Shown one piece after another: positions 60,166-64,000 of a stretch of 64,000 bases of DNA (its first letter is position 1; every line of letters begins with the position of its first letter). Position numbers and translations under genes: made by a program. This DNA is from a virus. The notes under the pieces are model-generated. The model searched no databases. It saw only the letters and a program-made list of their open reading frames with translations, and was not told where the DNA came from. The stretch lies in IMG/VR virus record IMGVR_UViG_3300038465_000039, positions 1 to 64,000 of that record; one strand, written 5' to 3'.

Positions 60166-60239
60166 CAGAATCTCCACGAGAAACCCCGGCATTCATGCCG
60201 GGGAGGGATAGCGGTTCCGGCATTGCCGGAATGCTTTTC

Positions 60240-60268
60240 TTGCGCGAGCAGAGATAAGTGAGTATATT
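60240..60268 (+). promoter_or_regulatory. Sigma70-type promoter for the second tnpB
   Basis: TTGCGC-N17-TATATT. Confidence 0.5.
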
Positions 60269-60347
60269 GCCGGGGCGTCGCAGCGTTGGAACCGCCGCAA
60301 CGCCCCTTGATTGCCCTCCGTTGGAACCGGAAAAGCAACCCGCCAAC

Positions 60348-61428
60348 ATGATCCTCACTTACCGCTTTCGCGTCAAGGACGCATCGAACGGAACACGCAA
60401 CGCTCTCAGAGCGCAGGCGCGGGCCGTCAATTTCGTTTGGAATTATTGCTGCCAGATCGACCGCGAAGCCCATGCGCGCTGGAAAGCCGGGCGCGTCGCC
60501 AAACGGCCATCTGCGTTCGACATCGCCAATCTTTGCCGGGGCGTGACCAAGGAACTCGGCATCCATTCCGACGCGGTTGATGCGATCTGCCGCAAGTTCG
60601 CGGACGCGCGCCAAGCATGTTTTCCGAAGACGCCGCGCTTCCGCTCCTACAAGCGCAACCTCGATTTCGTGCCGTTCTCCAACTTCAAACGTCCGGCCAA
60701 GCTCGACGGCGAGCACCTGACCGTGCTTGGTCGAACCTATCGACTGTGGCTGTCGCGCCCGATCCCGCCCGATGGGAAGCCAAAGACATTCGAGTTTTCG
60801 ACCGACGCGCGCGGGCGCTGGTACGTCAATATTCAGGTCGAATTGCCGGATGCTGAGAAGCGGGTCGGCACCAGTGTCGGCATCGACCTTGGCCTTAAAG
60901 ACCTCGCCACATTGAGCGACGGAAGCAAGATCGCCGCGCCTTTACCGCGCCAGCGAGCGGCAACTGGCGATGCACCAATCGCGCGGGCAGAAGGTCCGCG
61001 CCCGCGCCCTGTCGGCCAAGATCGCCAACAGGCGCAAGCATTTCCTCCACGTTGAAACGAGCAAGATCGCTCGTGACCATGCGGAGATTTACGTCGGAGA
61101 TGTGAATGCGTCCGGCCTCAAACGCACCAAAATGGCGAAATCCGTTGGTGACGCAGGCTGGTCTATGTTCCGTAACATGCTGTCTTACAAAGCGATTGCG
61201 CTTGGCGGCAAATGCGAAATAGTTTCCGAACGTTGGACTACCCAAACCTGTAGCTCTTGCGGTTCTTTGCCGCAAAGCAGGCCGAAAGGTATCGCAGGAC
61301 TTGGAATAAGGCATTTTGGATGTTCCGACTGCGGGGCGTTGCATGATCGCGACGTAAATGCGGCTAGAAATATTCTACGTGTCGGGGCGGAGCGTCGCCC
61401 TCTTGTTGAAGAAATCCCCGTCCTTTAG
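60348..61428 (+). pseudogene. tnpB: IS200/IS605-type tnpB, frameshifted near 60940
   Basis: LTYRFR, NFVWN, VGIDLG in the first frame; YRAS..QLA..KIANRR..H, TTQTCSSCG, C.DCG.HDRDVNAA.NI in the +1 frame. Confidence 0.85.
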
Positions 61429-61445
61429 GGCGGGGAAGACGTTAA
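61411..61445 (+). mobile_element. IS200/IS605-type right end hairpin (omega/reRNA 3' end)
   Basis: gaaatccccgtcctttagggcggggaagacgttaa resembles the canonical RE hairpin; ends TTAA instead of TCAA. Confidence 0.65.
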
Positions 61446-63593
61446 CGTTGCATACCTTGTGTTGCGGTTGTGGATGCAGTGAACGCTTCGTGCATACGCT
61501 TATCCGCTGCAACCTTCAGATTGTAGGCATCGCGAAGACTATCGGGAGCATCACGAAGAAACCAGTCCCATCGGGACTTGAATCCGGCCTTCTTGATCGC
61601 AGTTTCGAAAGCCTGGTCGGCTATACCTGCATCGCGCATGGCCTCGGAGATTATTCGATCAAACATCTTGTTCTCTCCGGTCAGGCGACAAAGAGAGTGA
61701 TGAAGATCAGCATGCCGGCGCCGATCGAGGCGAACGGGATGGTTATCGACAGGAACATTCGGTTTGACATCGGCTTCCTCCGTTGTCGTTGGGTTGAAGA
61801 TCAGAACTTCCTCACGATACGAACCAATGTATCGGAGAGGTTTTCTTTCGGTAACGATGCTGTCTGCAATTGATCGAGCAGTCCCATCGAAATGCCGACA
61901 TCGTAGCGGCCGTCAGGCCGGCTGATGCCGACGCCGACGCGCGCTGGTTTCTGGTTGCACATCAGGATCAAGAAAGCCTGCACCGCATCGGCTTTGAGCG
62001 TGAGGCGGTACAGCGGCGGTTTGGTCAGGGGTTTTGGCATCAGTCTTCCTCCTCGCGTTCTTCTTGTCGGATCAGTTCTTCGACCGCTATCTCCTCGCAT
62101 TCCTCGCAGAGGTAGGCGTCGCAACGGCGGACGTAGCGTAGTTCGGCTCGGTGCCAGCAGTGCTCACAGACATGCATCATGATTGCACCTGATAGCCACA
62201 CCGGCGCTGGTCAGCCTTGTACCGGCGTTGCCAGTACGGCGTTAACTCCATCGCTTCCGACGGTCTGTCGGTCCATCCCCAATCGACGCCGCCCTGACCG
62301 GGAAGGCCGTTCGGTTTTCCGATGTAGTAGGTTTTGCCGTTAACGTGCTGTCTCCACCCGCGTCCGAGGGTATCGACACCTGCTGATAGTTTTGACATTT
62401 GGCTTCCTCCAATTGTCGGTTGCGGGGGGATCGAAATCAGTTTTCGCCCACGTCGGCGCTGTCCATGCGCTGACCGTAGAGCGGGTCACAATTGCCGTCA
62501 TCAACGGGTTGCGGCGGTTCGTCGACAAAGTTCGCAGCGTCATTGATGGCGACGACCAATCTTCCGACCAGTGCGCGGTCGATCTCTTCAAAAAATAGAT
62601 TGATCTCGACTTCGTTCGATTGGCAATCTGAGGCATCAGTATCGCCGTTGATGATGAGTTTGAGAGCAAGACCGTCATAGGAACCGGCCTTGATCTTTCG
62701 CACCCAGTGGTAGTTGGCGCTTGTCGTAATCATGAGTTTGTTGGACATCATCGTCTCCGTGGTCTGGTTACTGGAAATATTAGCGGCGGTAGCGTTCCCG
62801 GTGGTCGATATCGTAAAGCGGCGCGGTCGGGATGGCCGCACGGACCTGTTCGAGCCAAGGCCGAAGATGTTCGGCGCCGGCCGCGACCCTGTGATCGAGT
62901 GAATCGGCGCAGGCTTCAAGAAACGCGCGGGAGCAATCCGGCAAGTCGGCCGCGGTTAGTTTCATCGGTCGAGCTCCCGGGCAAGAGCGTTGGCACCGGT
63001 CAGAAGCTTTTCGAGCGCGACGTGATAGTCGCTGATGACATCCACATCGTTGCCCCAGATCAGGCGTATCCAGCAATCGTTATGGGCCGGGAAGTGGACG
63101 ATCAGGTAGTCCTCGCCGGTACTACCGAGGGCGACGAATATCTCGGTCGCATCGTTTGATCTTTTGACCGTGATATCTTCGCCGTCGTTCACGGATAGGC
63201 AAAGACCTTCGGCCAGCAAATCCTCGACGAGTTTGCCAACGATTTTCTTCTCGTTGTCCGAGGCGTCCGGGATAGGTGGCAGATCGGATTGTGCTGCAAT
63301 GCGCAGCGCGTCGATCACGGTCTCGCGGCGTTTGCCGCTGATGTCGAGCGAGCGGTTCGATGCATCGCTCTCGAATATGGCGAGTAGTTCTGTGAAGCGG
63401 TTCATCGGAATACTCCGTTCGCCATGCAGCCAGCTTCGTGGACGCGATCAAGTGCGGCACAGAAGCGCTTTTCGTATCCAGCAATAAACCATGGTTGAGG
63501 GTTGGCCTTGCGGACGTGGGCAAGATCGTCCCGAGCCTGCAGAAGATCGGCGCGGGCGCGAAGCAGGTTCTGTTGAAGATTGTCGTTCATGGC

Positions 63594-63938
63594 TCAAGCC
63601 TCCGTACAGGTGAAAGATGCGCGGCCGTGGTTCTTGCCACCGCAGGAACATTCGCAGTTCATGGTCTTGCCCGTTGCGTTCATGCAGCGAGCGTCGCATT
63701 CGTGGCGAGATGGGTTGGACTTGAAGTTGATAATCCGCTCGACCGGCAGCAGGGTTTTGGTCCAGCCTTGACCTTGCACATAGACGGGCTTTTCTGTGGC
63801 GACGCGGCCAACCTTCATCGAGAACCCGTCATAGCGCCGCCCCTTCACGCCGGGGAAACGCTTGGCGAACTCGGCATTGCCCATCGGCTGGAGGCTGACC
63901 AGTTCAGTATCGCCGTTGAAGTAAAGGGTTTTTGACAT
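63594..63938 (-). CDS. Cys/His-rich (Zn-binding) phage protein
   Basis: HECDARCM.A.G...CECSCGGKNHG; GGAGG RBS. Confidence 0.65.
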   Translation of the reverse strand: MSKTLYFNGDTELVSLQPMGNAEFAKRFPGVKGRRYDGFSMKVGRVATEKPVYVQGQGWTKTLLPVERIINFKSNPSRHECDARCMNATGKTMNCECSCGGKNHGRASFTCTEA

Positions 63939-63974
63939 TTGAGCCCTCCGGGCTATTCCAGTGGTTTGTTCCAC

Positions 63975-63989
63975 TAAACTATTAGTATA
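63975..63989. promoter_or_regulatory. Operator TAAACT-ATT-AGTATA
   Basis: Identical to the 37857 site. Confidence 0.65.
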
Positions 63990-64000
63990 GCATCGCGCCG

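Noticed and set aside
1-64000. Apparent abundance of GATC/CGATCG sites
   Set aside because: Cannot be quantified by eye and is plausibly due to ATC/GAT codon usage in a GC-rich alphaproteobacterial phage.

Overview
The whole window is part of a tailed dsDNA phage genome with a contractile (myovirus-type) tail, most likely infecting an alphaproteobacterium (Hyphomicrobiales-like; inferred from GcrA, GapR-like and Omp25/RopB-like genes). 1-23.9 kb (+): tail completion protein, DUF3383 sheath, HNH, tube, frameshifted chaperone pair, tape measure, baseplate, two fibre genes, endolysin, a run of small secreted/membrane peptides, and an outer-membrane beta-barrel. 23.9-25.2 kb: a tnpB element. 25.5-44.7 kb (-): early/recombination genes (ParB-like, PAPS reductase-like, DEDDh exonuclease, DUF5131, RecD-like helicase, RecE-like, HD hydrolase, HTH regulators). 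45.3-58.5 kb (+): replication block (GapR-like, RuvC-like, two MTases, primase-helicase, radical SAM, SSB, SLOG). 58.5-64 kb: gcrA, a frameshifted tnpB and small early genes. Two observations stand out. (1) Both fibre genes, and a possible fibre-associated protein, begin with Sec-type signal peptides, and the fibres contain closely paired cysteines, suggesting periplasmic, disulfide-dependent fibre biogenesis. (2) An intact tnpB is the only gene inside 22-bp terminal inverted repeats with an 8-bp target duplication (IS1595/ISNwi-like ends) instead of IS200/IS605 ends. No integrase, capsid, terminase, tRNA or CRISPR array was seen. All family calls come from motif recognition by eye, not database searches.
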